A stretch of 64,000 bases of DNA, taken from positions 5,570,167 through 5,634,166 of the forward strand of contig NC_057756.1 of assembly GCF_004010195.1 (NCBI RefSeq). The letters run 5' to 3'. Below the pieces are notes generated by a model. The model searched no databases. It was not told where the DNA came from and saw only the letters and a list, made by a program, of their open reading frames with translations. The stretch comes from Chiloscyllium plagiosum (lineage: Eukaryota). Position numbers and translations under genes: made by a program. Positions 24,001 to 35,879 of the stretch are shown one piece after another; positions within the stretch are counted from its first letter, which is position 1, and each line of letters starts with the position of its first letter.

Positions 24001-26337
24001 TAAGGGTTTCCTAACTCAGTACATTGACAGGCCGATGAGAGGAGAGGCCATTTTGGATTTGGTGCTCGGCAATGAGCCGGGGCAAGTGTCAGATCTTGTG
24101 GTGGGAGAGCATTTCGGTGATAGTGACCACAACTGCCTCACATTCTACTTAGCTATGGAGAAGGAGAGAAGCAGGCACAATGGGAGGATATTTAATTGGG
24201 GAAAAGGAAACTATGATGCGATCAGACGTGAGTTGGGAAGCATGGACTGGGGGCAATTATTTCATGGAAAGGGCACTATAGACATATGGAGATTGTTTAA
24301 GGAACAGTTGTCGCGAGTGATGCATAAATATGTTCCTTTGAGACAGGGAGGAGGGGTAAGATAAAGCAACCTTGGATGACGAGAGCGGAGGAGCTTCTTG
24401 TCGAAAGAAAGAAGGCAGCTTATGTAAGGTGGAGGAAGGAAGGGTCTTGCTCAGCTCTAGAGGATTACAGGCAGGTGAGGAAGGAGCTCAAAAATGGTCT
24501 GAAGAGAGCCAGGAGGAGGCACAAAAAAGGCTTGGCAGGAAGAATTAGGGAGAACACAAAGGCATTTTACACGTATGTGAGGAATAAGAGAATGATCAAA
24601 GAACGAGTAGGGCCGATTAGGGATAGCATAGGGAACTTGTGTATAGAGTCTGAGGAGGTAGGGGAAGCCCAAAATGAGTTTTTTGCTTCTATCTTTACTA
24701 AAGAAAAGGACCTTGTAGTGAATGAAACCATTGAGGAGCAGGTAAGCAAGCTGGAACGGATAGAGATTGAGGAAGCTGATGTGCTGAAAATTTTGACAAA
24801 CGTTAAGATTGACAAGTCGCCAGAGTCAGACCAGATTTGTCCTCGGCTGCTTTGGGAAGTGAGAAATGTGATTGCTTCGCCACTTGTGAAGATCTTTGCA
24901 TCCTCGCTCTCCACCGGAGTCGTACCTGAGAACTGAAGGGAGGCAAATGTTATTCCTCTCTGCAAGAAAGGAAATAGGTAGTACCTGGCAATTACAGACC
25001 AGTCTCACATCTGTCATCTGCAATGTGTTATAAAGGATTCTGAGGGATAGGATTTATGACCATCTGGAAGAGCATAGCTTGATTGAATGCAGTCAGCATG
25101 GCTTTGTAAGGGGCAGGTCATGCCTCACAAATCCTATTGAGTTCTTTGAGGATGTTATTAGGCAAGTTGATGAGGGTTGAGCAGTGGATGTGGTGTATAT
25201 GGACTTCAGCAAGGCATTTGATAAGGTTCCCCATGGTAGGCTCATTCAGAAGGTCAGGAGGAATGGGAAATTTAGCTGTCTGGACACAGAATTGGCTGGT
25301 CGACAGATGACAGCGAGTGGTAGTGGAAGGAAAGTATTCTGGCTGGAAGTCAGTGGTGAGTGGTGTTCCACAGGGCTCTGTTCTTGGGCCTCTAATCTTT
25401 GTAATTTTTATTAATGACTTGGATGAGGAGATTGAAGGATGTGTTAGCAAGTTTACAGACGACACAAAGGTTGGAGGTGTCGTTGACCGTATAGAGGACT
25501 GTTGTAGGCTGCAGCGTGACATTGACAGGATGCAGAGATGGGCTGAGAGGTGGCAGATGGAGTTCGACCTGGATAAATACGAAGTGATGCATTTTGGAAG
25601 GTCAAACTTGAAAGTTGAGTACAGGATTAAAGACAGGATTCTTGGCTGTGTGGAGGAACAGCAGGATCTTGGTGTGCAGGTACATAGATCCCTTAAAATG
25701 GCCACCCAGGTGCACAGGGTTGTTAAGAAAGCACATGGTGCTTTCACTTTCATTAACAAGGGGATTGAGTTTAAGAGCCGCGAGATCTTGTTGCAGCTCT
25801 ATAAAACACTTGGAATACTGTGTCCAGTTCTGGTCGCCCTATTATAGGAAAGATGCAGATGCTTTGGAGAGGGTTCAGAGGAGGTTTACCAGGATGCTGC
25901 CTGGAATGGAGGGCTTAACTTACGAAGAGAGGTTGACTGAGCTCGGACTTTTTTCATTGGAAAAAAGAAGAAGAGAGGGTACTAATTGCAGTGTACAAGA
26001 TAATGAGAGGCATAGATAGAGTTGATAGCCAGAGACTTTTTCGCAGGGCAGAAATTGTTAACACGAGGGGTCATAGTTTTAAGCTGTTTGGCGGAAAGTA
26101 TAGAGGGGATGTCAGAGGCGGGTTCTTTATGCAGAGAGTTGTGAGAGTATTGAATGCGTTGCCAGCAGCAGTTGTGGAAGTGAGGTCATTGGGGATATTT
26201 AAGAGACTGCTGGACTTGCATATGGTCACAGAAATGAGGATTCATACATTAGGTTTACCTTACATGAGGATCAATGGTCGGCACAACATCGTGGGCTGAA
26301 GGGCCTGTTCTGTGCTGTACTGTTCTATGTTCTATGT
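24001..26337 (+). mobile_element. CR1/HER1-like LINE, ~2.3 kb of ORF2 with stops and frameshifts
   Basis: RGEAILDLVL..GDSDHN (endonuclease end), GVPQGSVLGP, KFTDDTK (RT), (tatgttc)n tail; taaccc repeated at the flanks. Confidence 0.95.
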
Positions 26338-27375
26338 GCTAACCCCTCAGGTTCCAATACTCCAGGGAAAATAGGACCAGTCTATTAACCTCTCCCTGTG
26401 GCTCAAACTCTCCAAACCTGGTAACATCCTTGCAAATCTTTACTGCACCCTTTCAAGTTTAGCAACATCTCTCCCATAGCAGGGAGACTAGAATTGCACA
26501 CAATACTGCAGAAGTGGACTAGCCAATGTCCTATATAGCTGCAACATGACCTCCCAACTCCTATACTTAATGCTCTGACCAATAAAGGCAAGCATACCAA
26601 ATGCCACCTTCACTATCCTGGTTACATGCGACTCCATATTCAAGGAACTATGAATCAGTACTCCAAGGTCTCATTGTTCAGCAACACTCCTCGAGACCTT
26701 AAGTGTAGAAGTCCTGCCCTGGTTTGCCTTTCCAAAATGCAGCACCTTATATTTATCTAAATTAAACTCCACCTGCCACTCCTTGGCCCAAAGCCAATCT
26801 GATACAAGTCCAGTTGTTCTCTGAAAAAACCTTCTTCACTGTCCACTACACCACCAATTTTAGTGTCATTTTCAAATCTGCTAACCAAAACTCCTATATT
26901 CACATCCAAATCTTTTGTTTAAATGACAAAAAGCAATGGACCCAGCACCAATCTCTCCAGCACACCGTTAGTCACAGGCTTCCATTCCACAAAGCAAATC
27001 TCCACCTCTGTCTCCTATCTTTGAGGAAACTTTGTGTCCAAATGCCTAGTTCTCCCTGTATTCCATATAATCTAACGTTGTTAACCAGTCTAGCATGAGG
27101 AACCTTGTCGGATGCCTCACTGAAGTCCATACAGAGATAATATCCACTACTCTTTCTTCATTAATTCATTTTGTCACTTCTTCAAAAACCTCAATCAAGT
27201 TAATGAGACAAGAATTTCCCACACACAAAACCATGCTGGTTATCACTAATCATTCCTTGCCTTTTCAAATACATGTAAATCCTGTCCCTCACGATTCCCT
27301 TCAACAACTTGTCTGATGTCTGACTCACCAGTCTATAATTCCCTGATTTTTCCTTACCACCCTCCTTAAATAGTG

Positions 27376-27682
27376 TGGCATGGTGGCACAGTGGTTAGCA
27401 CTGCTGCCTCACAGCGCCAGAGTCCCAGGTTCAATTCCCGCTTCAGGCAACTGTCTGTGTGGAATGTGCACATTCTCCCAGTGTCTGCGTGGGTTTCCTC
27501 CGGGTGCTCTGGTTTCGTCCCACAGTTCAAAAATGTGCGGGTCAGGTGAATTGGCCATGCTAAATTGCCCATAGTCTTAGGTGTAGGGGAATGGGTCTGG
27601 GTGGGTTGCTCTTCGGAGGGTCGGTGTGGACTTGTTGGGCCGAAGGGCCTGTTTCCACACTGTAAGTAATCTAATCTAATCT
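27376..27682 (+). mobile_element. HE1-type V-SINE
   Basis: A box tggcacagtggttag, B box ggttcaattccc, V-domain, (aatct)n tail, tagtg TSD. Confidence 0.9.
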
Positions 27683-27931
27683 AGTGACAAAATGTAGACG
27701 ACCTCCAGTCTTCCAACACCTCACCTGCGGCTATCGATGATACAAATATCTAAACATATAGCCCAGCAATCACTTCCCTAACTTCCCACAAGGTTCTAGG
27801 GTACACTTAATCAGGTCCCAGGGATACATCCACCTTTACGCGTTTAAAGACATCCAGCACTTCCTCCTCTGCCATATGGATATTTTTCAAGATGTCGCTA
27901 TTTATTTCCCCAGATTCTCTTGCTTCCATTT

Positions 27932-28670
27932 TGTTACAACACAGCAGTGAACACTTATATTAATTAAACCAAACACCCAGAAAAATTCACCTTGCCTCAT
28001 CATCTGTTAAAATGGGTGACAGGGAACTCCCAAATTCCATTATTTAAGAAAATAATATCAATTTATTCTTTAACTCTAAAAATGAACATTAAACAATAAC
28101 TAATCACAACTCTAAATTCCCCTTTCTCTTAATTGCTTATTACCTGCCTCCAATTTGATAATATACTGTTTCAATAAAACACTTATTAAAATTACATAAA
28201 TTTAACTTCAAAACTATAGAGCAGCTGTCATCATCAGTGTCTCTCTCCTTCCGGCTGAAGATTTCCCTAGGTCATCTTCTTTCTTTATACTGTGAAAATG
28301 TTTCATACGGAAAAATACTTTTGATGGAGAGTCTGTCTTGATGGCAGTTACTCTGTCTGACTTTCAAAATGCCTGTCTTTTTATACATAAAACATCAGAT
28401 TGTCTCATTGGTTTGATATTGCCAAAATAATAAAATCAAACTTGTTTGGGTTTTAGTTCCTGGGGCATAATTTAAACTGGTTAAAATTGAATTGCTGTTA
28501 AAACAACAACCAACTCAAGTATCTACTTCACAGCCAGATGTTACATATTTTCAATTTTCCAGTAAACTCTGAGATTGCTCGTTACTTACGACAGGTACTT
28601 GTAATCTCTTAGTGCAGAACAGCAGTAACTCTCTCCTAAAAGTACTGTACATGACTTCAACTTCATAACA
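27932..28670 (-). mobile_element. Solo LTR (TGT...ACA termini, Gypsy-like)
   Basis: Minus strand begins tgttatgaagttg and ends gtgttgtaaca; imperfect 4-bp TSD attt/atat inside CR1. Homologous to 58725-59408. Confidence 0.7.
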
Positions 28671-28983
28671 ATATCTTTCTCTACAGTAAACACTGTTGCA
28701 AAATATGCCTGATAGTTTTTGATCGTTTGTGATAATATGTGAAAGTTCAACAGTTTGCTCTCTCAACAGCTGACATTTTACATAAAATATCAATATTGCT
28801 GCAATAATCTGCTGGGTTAAACATACAAATAAAAAATAGTCAATTTGAAAATTTGAACATCTGAGAGTTGCCAGCATCAGGGTCAACCTAATCAATGTAG
28901 CACTGAGCTTTTGGTCACCTATCATTCAATTCTCTACTCTCGTCCCAGCTTATTGCTCACTGCCTCCTACTCTGTGCCAACCA

Positions 28984-29103
28984 GTTTAAATAGTGGAATT
29001 TGGGAGTTCTCTGTCACTCATATTTTATGAGATGGCAAGACAAGCTTTTCTTGGTGCTTCCGGATGTTTAATTAACAGAAAAGGTCACCTCTGTGTTGTA
29101 ACA
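28984..29103 (+). mobile_element. 3' fragment of the same LTR family
   Basis: ggaatttgggagttctctgtcactcatatttt...gtgttgtaaca, inverted relative to 27932-28050. Confidence 0.65.
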
Positions 29104-29145
29104 TCATGAAGACTGATGCTCTTATTGAATCAGATTCCTACTTAC

Positions 29146-29422
29146 AATTGCTCACCAGATATAAACAGTAACTGTAATGGCAGGGAATGTGTGCACAGGA
29201 ACACATCCCTCGTGGAGTTTCATCCCTCGTGGAGTGTGGACTTTCCACTCTTGTGCCAGTCTAGCTGGGAACAGCAATATCAGTATTTAGCACGAGAAGG
29301 CCTGTAGATCCACTACACTTGATATCCACCCGGTCCGTTACTGGTACACAGTGGCTGCAGTGTGGACCGTCCACAGGACACACAAGGAACTCCTCAAGGT
29401 TACACAGCAGATTTCATGGAAA
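29146..29422 (-). pseudogene. Candidate highly degenerate Ig-sized exon
   Basis: Strong acceptor cttctctcttctcccag with donors gtgagc (267 nt) or gtaagt (277 nt). Non-repeat sequence with Cys/Trp spacing loosely like an Ig domain, but multiple stops and a 15-bp internal duplication (catccctcgtggagt). Confidence 0.25.
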
Positions 29423-30589
29423 CTGGGAGAAGAGAGAAGCTTTTTTCAGGACCTTAGGGAAACATGTGAACTAATGAAAAACATTGTCAAGTTACTGCAG
29501 AAATTTGCTGAAATGAAATTGATTATAGTTGTGCCAGCTGAACAAGGAACTTTAAGGGGAGACACAGTGGGTCTTGGCAGAGGTTAGAGAGTTGATCAGG
29601 TTGTTATTCAGCTCAGTAGATTGAACCTTTCTTTCTGATATTAATAGGGACGATTTCAAATAGATCTTATCTCATGTAACATCGTGTTTTTTGTGTGAGA
29701 TACATTTTTATGTTGCATATCAAAAGCTCATTGTTAGCTTCCTATCAATGACTGACCACTGTGGTAAACAAAAAGAGGAAAAAAACTCTGTCGGTCTAAC
29801 AAACCAGGATTCCATTGGGAAGCTGACCTGTCCAGTAATACTAATCACCTGCACCATAACAAATGAGTGAAGAGAAAGACCATTCACTCTTCTGCAATTT
29901 TCACTGTCCGTGCACAACAAAACCATGGACCAATGCAGCATATAAAGAGACCATTGGTCCATCAGCTCTGTGCTAGCTCCTTCAAACAACGTATTCAGGA
30001 GCACTCTAATAAGTAAGGGAAAACAGTTTGGGCAGCTTTCCAGGGAAAAGGTGGAGATGGGTTGAAAGCCAGGGTCTCCTGGCACACCTCTGAATTATTG
30101 CCATTCCCAGATTGAGACTCATGCTAAGGTCTCTGCCTTGAAGCTGTGCTTGGGATTCCAATTTTGTTTGATTTCAGCAGAAGATGAATTCTTATTTAAG
30201 TAGTTTCTTTTTATCTTATTGTCAGGATCAAAGTGGTGACAAAACACTTTTCACTGTATCTTCAAGATATATGTGACATTAAATTGTTCATTCATTCAAA
30301 AGAGAGTTAGATCAGTTAGATCGCTCAAACAAAATGACAAAACAAGCTTAATGGGCTGGCTGGCCCCTGTGCTGTAACATTCTGGTGTCCTTAGGTTTTA
30401 ATTGTTCTGCTGATCAGAGACAAACAGTGAATTTCTACACATCTCATACTTGAATGAACTGGTCTTTCAGTTGTTTTGCCTCTCTCTGGTGATTGCTTTG
30501 CTGGTGAGGCTGGGCCAGAAGTCCAGCATTTGACTGTGTATTCTCAGCTTTGCTGCTTTGTCGTCATGACAACTTCAAAAAAAAAACAG

Positions 30590-32990
30590 ATCATAGAATC
30601 AGACAAAATGGAAGAACCCCTTCAGCTCATCATGTCACCATTGCCAAAAATACTTGACTATCTGCATAAGTCCCTCTTTCCTACACTAGGCCCACATCTC
30701 TGTGCTCCTGCATTTCTCACCTACTGTTCATCCCCAAGATTTTAGGAGGAATGATGAATCAGTGGACTCAGCATCAATCCCTGTGGAACACCGCTAGTCA
30801 TAGGCCTCCAGTCTGAAACACTACACTCTATAATCACACTCTGTCTTTTACAGTCAAGCTAATTTTGTATCCAGTTGGCTAGCTGTCTCTGGATCCCATG
30901 ACATTTAACCTGACTCATCAACCCACAATGCGGTACCTTATCAAAGGCCTTGCTGAAGTCCATGAAGACAATGTCCACCACACTGGATCTATTTTACTGG
31001 TCTCCAAAAAACTCAATCAAATGTGTGAGACACAATTTCCCACACACAATGCCACGCTGATTATCCTAAATGAGCCCTTGCCTCTTCAAATGCCTACAGG
31101 TCCTACCCTCAGAATCCCCTCTAACAACTTGTCCACCATGGACATAAGGCTCACTGGTCTGTAGTTCCCAGGCATTTCCTGACAGCCTTTCTTAAATAAT
31201 GACACAACATTAGCCACCCTCCAATCTTCGGCCGCTTCACCCATGACTATCCATGATACAAATATCTCTGCTAGGTGGCCTGCAAATTTCCTCTCAAGCC
31301 TCCCATGAAGTCCTGGAATATGTTTGTTCAGGTCCTGGGGATTTATCTACCTTAATGTGGTTTAAGACTTCCAGCACCACCTCGTCTGTAATGTGGACAC
31401 TCTTAGACATCACTAATTATTTCTCCAAGTTCACTAGCACATATACCTTTCTTGACAGTAAATACTGATGAGAAATATTCATTTAGAATCTCACCATAAC
31501 TTGTGGCTCTGCATGTAGATGACCTTGTTGTTCTTTAAGAGGCCCGATTCTCTCCCTAGTTACTCTTTTGCCCTTCATGTACTTATTGAATCTCTTTCAG
31601 TTCTCCTTTATCTGCCAATGCCATCTTGTGTTCCTTTTTAACCCTCCTTATTTCTCCTAAGTGTACATTGATAACTCTGTACTCTTCAAGGACTTCATTC
31701 AATCTCAACTGCCTATATTTGTTATATGCCTCCCCCTAGCCACACTCCTCTTCATCAGTGACGCCTCAGAAATGACTGGGATATGTTTAATCAGGTCCTG
31801 GGGATTTATCTACCTTAATGTAGTTTAAGTCTCTCATGAGTATCCCTACATACAGATCAGGAAGGACACCACTTCAACTGGGATAACACATCCATCCTAG
31901 GACAAGCCAAACAGACCTCTTGGCATAATGGGAGCTGACAAACCCATCAACACACTAAAACAGCAGCTAATTAATTTGAAAGACCCTATACAGACAACAA
32001 GTAAAACTAATGTCATTTACAAAATACCATGCAAGAACTGTAACAAACACTACATTGGACAAACAGGCAGAAAACTAGCCACGGATACATGAACATCAAC
32101 CAGCCACAAAACGACATGACCCTCTCTCACTAGCATCCCTACATACAGATCAGGAAGGACACCACTTCGACTGGGACAACGCATCCATCCCAGGACAAGC
32201 CAAACAGATACACACACGAGAATTCCTAGAAGCGTGGCATTCCAACTGGAACTCTCTCAACAAACAGATTGACTTGGACCCCATTTACCACCCCCGAGAA
32301 AGAGAACAGGAAATTACATCACCATAGGAAATGTCATCACCACAGGAAATGACACCACCAACACAAAGAAACCCAAACATATAAATAGAAAGCAAGAAGC
32401 ATCAGGAAGTGCTTCGTCAGGAGGCTCACTGAAGATCTTACATGGTATGGTGATGAAACATCTGAAAATGAACCTTCCACCTCAGTGAACAAACCTGCAT
32501 CCAGGACCTCAACCTGAGCTACAAATCTTTTCAAAACTAATGCCTCCTTTTTCAAGACCAGGGCCTCAATAACTCAAGTCATCCAGCGTTTCCTACTTCT
32601 GAAAGCCTTACTCTTGCTGGTCCTTAACCCTTATTAACTCATTGATGCAAGCCTCCCACTTACCAGATGTCCCTTTGCCTGCAAACAGCTTCTCCCAAAC
32701 AACTTTGCAAAATTCCTGTCTAACACCATTAAAGTTGGCCTTACCCTAATTTAGAACTTTAACTTATGGACCAGACCTAGCTTTCTCTCCATAACTATTT
32801 TCAAACAAACGCAATTATGGTCACTGGTCTCCTACTAACACTTCTGTCACTTGCCATGCCTTATTTCCTAAGAGATCAAGTTTTGCTCCTTCTCTAGTGG
32901 GGCCATTACATATTGCATGGGAAATTCTTCCTGATCACACTGGACAAACTTCTCCCCATCCAAAGCCCACTATAACAGTCCCAGGCCAGC
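30590..32990 (-). mobile_element. Degenerate CR1 LINE interrupted by a Penelope element
   Basis: Reverse complement of RT motifs (ggctcactggtctgtagttccc, ggtcctggggatttatc). Confidence 0.8.
31733..32540 (+). mobile_element. Penelope-like element 3' part (GIY-YIG endonuclease plus terminal repeat)
   Basis: KTNVIYKIPCKNCNKHYIGQTGRKLA..HEHQ..HHFDWDN..REFLEAWHS; degenerate hammerhead ctgaaga...gaaacatc near 32428-32462; atgcctcc flanks. Confidence 0.85.
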
Positions 32991-33502
32991 TCTAAAGCCA
33001 TGCATTCATCTGTGAAACCTTCCTATTCCTAACCTCGTAACTCTCACTCATGGTCAATTGTTTATAAAGGATTTATTAACATTATGTGTTCGCTTATTTA
33101 AAACAGCAAAACACATTATAGATTATCCTGTCGACATTACTGTGAACTAACTGATTTCTATGTGCAGCCTGCAGATCCATAGTGGATTAACTGCAGGCAG
33201 AGTCACACACATCTAGTCAAGACGTGTGTCTCTGTCAAACAGAGTGAGACAGAGACAGACCTACAGAGAAAGGAAGGGAAAGAAAGAGAGAGAGAGAGAA
33301 ATACAGAGAGCAAAACAATAAGACAACAAGAAAAAGGCAGAAATAATTAAAGATAAAAAGCAAAAGACAGGGAAACAGATAGGGAAAGATTCAGAGTGAG
33401 AAACAGAGAGTGCCAGAGAGAGACAAACAGAGAGAGGGAGAAAGAAAGAAAAAGTCAGTGATTAGAAGCAGGGGAGGGTACCAGGTAAACCCATTGATTT
33501 TT

Positions 33503-33516
33503 GCTCCCTCTGGTGG
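33503..33516 (-). promoter_or_regulatory. CTCF-like motif
   Basis: CCACCAGAGGGAGC on minus; conserved in the paralogous segment at 60390. Confidence 0.35.
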
Positions 33517-35879
33517 ATGTAGCACAGAATTAGAACTTTATTTTTAATACTTTGGGAGATGTAGTGTCCCTGAAAGGGTCCATTGCTGATCTGTAACTGA
33601 CCATGAGAAGGTGGTGGTCAGTTGCCTTCCTGATCCTCTGTGATCATTTGGCATAGAGAAATGCACAGTGGTGTTGAGGAGAATTCCAGGACTTTGACCC
33701 AGCAAAACAGAAGGAACAACAACATATTTCCAAGTCAGGATGGTTAGTGGCTTGCAGGGGTATGCTCCACATAACCTATCAATAAGACAGATATAACTGA
33801 GATCCTTGCAGGTTTCTATGGCCACAGCTTAGAACTTAGAACATTCTTTGTTCCATTCCTCTGCGAGCCGCCATGCACAACGCTCTCTGAGACATGAATG
33901 ACATACTCGGTGCTCTGTTTCTCCTCCTAAATTGGAAATATTCATCAATTTTGCTTCCAATTTCCACCCTGCTCTCACCTTCACCTTGTTTGTCTCTGGC
34001 TCCTCTCTCTCCTTCTTTGACATGTCTAGGAATAGGTAACAGCCCCCATTAGCATTCCTGATTCTCCGAGGGTGACCTTTATCCACTCCTTTATCTGCTC
34101 AGCTGTAGTTCTGTCATCTCTGGACTCCATTTAACATTTACTCCTGTCCCCTTCCCTCACACCATCTTAGAACATAGAATATAGAACAATACAGCACAGA
34201 ACAGGCCCTTCGGCCCACGATGCTGTGCCGAACATTTGTCCTAGCTTAAGCACCCATCCATGTACCTATCCAATTGCCCCTTAAAGGTCACCAAAGATTC
34301 TGACTCTACCACTCCCACAGGCAGCGCATTCCATGCCCCCACCACTCTCTGGGTAAAGAACCCACCCCTGACATCTCCCCTATACCTTCCACACTTCACC
34401 TTAAATTTATGTCTTCAGCATATATGCCAACCAGTCCCTGGCACTGTGAGGCAGCAGCACTAAGCATTGAGCCAATGTGTTGCCATGGAGTGAGGATTAG
34501 GTCAAGGACAGAATACTGAGAGAATCAATATAGGGGAGTTTTCAGGATTGGCAGACCGTGACAAGTGAATTATTCCAAGGATCGGTCCTGTGGTCTCAGC
34601 TATTTACAACCAGATCATAATATGAATGATTCAGCATTGTACACTTGGGACTAATGACATTCAAAGTCAGTTTAAAAATCCAATTCATGCAATAAACTTC
34701 ACCACACACTGCTTTATGTTAAAAACCACTGCAAACCCGTTGCTCTAAGACAGACACGGGTCCCTCTTAAATTCAATGAACTCAGATCGAATTGAAGAGC
34801 TCCCACTTATGTCTTCAGCTGACAGGACTATTGGACATGTCAGGACGCAGAGTGAAACCTGAATTGGAGATGCTAGCTTTGGACTGAGGTGTACACAGTT
34901 AAAAATCACACAACGCCAGGTTATAGTCCAACAGGTTTCATTGGAAGCACTAGCGTTCAGAACGCTGCTCCTTCATCAGGTGATTGTGGAGTACACAATT
35001 GTAAGACACAGAATTTATAGCAAAAGTTTACAGTGTGATGTAACTGAAATTATACATTGAAAAATACCTTGATTACTACTTAAGTCTCTCATCTGTTGGA
35101 ATGACCATGATAGTTTCACTTCTTTCATATGTAAATCACAAAACTCTTTTTTAAAAGTTACATTCTCAGGTTAACTGTAACAACTGGTGTCAGCCCAGAT
35201 AAGATGTTAAGGTGTTGAAAAGTGAAACCTGGATTGATAGATTATATTGAGACTGGGGTGCTGGAAAGGCACAGCAGGTCAGGCAGCATCTGCGAAGCAG
35301 AAGAATCAACTTTTCGGACAAGAGCCCTTCTCCTGCTCCTCAGATGCTGTCTGACCTGCTGTGCTTTTCCAGCACCCCCACTCTCAACTCTGATCTTCAG
35401 CATCTGCAGTCCTCACTTTCTACTGCTTAATCACAGAGGCTGCAGATTGTACTTAACAAAAGAAAAGAAGTCAATTACACAAAAAAAGGATAAAAACCAA
35501 GTGTGATGCCTCACTGGGACTTGAAATCACACCTCCATATTCCTGGAGTTGGCACAAAAGATAAAGGTCTTATATGAGTAAGTAATCATCTCCAATGTTC
35601 CTGCTTTTTAGGTTGATAGAAAGCACAGCCCTCATTTCTGTATTTGATAACAGATCAATAGATTCCAGCTGCAGATATAATAATTACTGTCGACATATAA
35701 CTCTACTGCTAAAATCCTAAACCCATTATAGAAATACCCAACACACACACATACAGGCACACATACTGACAGACAAAAAAAAACAAATGGGGTCATTGGC
35801 AGAAGGAAGGACTGGGAAAAAAACCTTTAATGGTAGTTGAACAGTTCCTTCAGCATGGGATTCACCAAGATACCCAGAA

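Larger units (their letters stand above)
23650..28700 (-). mobile_element. CR1 LINE hosting nested CR1, HE1 SINE and solo LTR insertions
   Basis: Collinear CR1 minus-strand pieces at 23650-23998, 26340-27375, 27683-27931 and 28671-28700, similar to the 39436-41085 copy. Confidence 0.85.

Noticed and set aside
27380..27574. MVAQWLALLPHSAR ORFs and tRNA-like sequence (also 17759, 42165, 54352)
   Set aside because: HE1 SINE heads, not genes or functional tRNAs.
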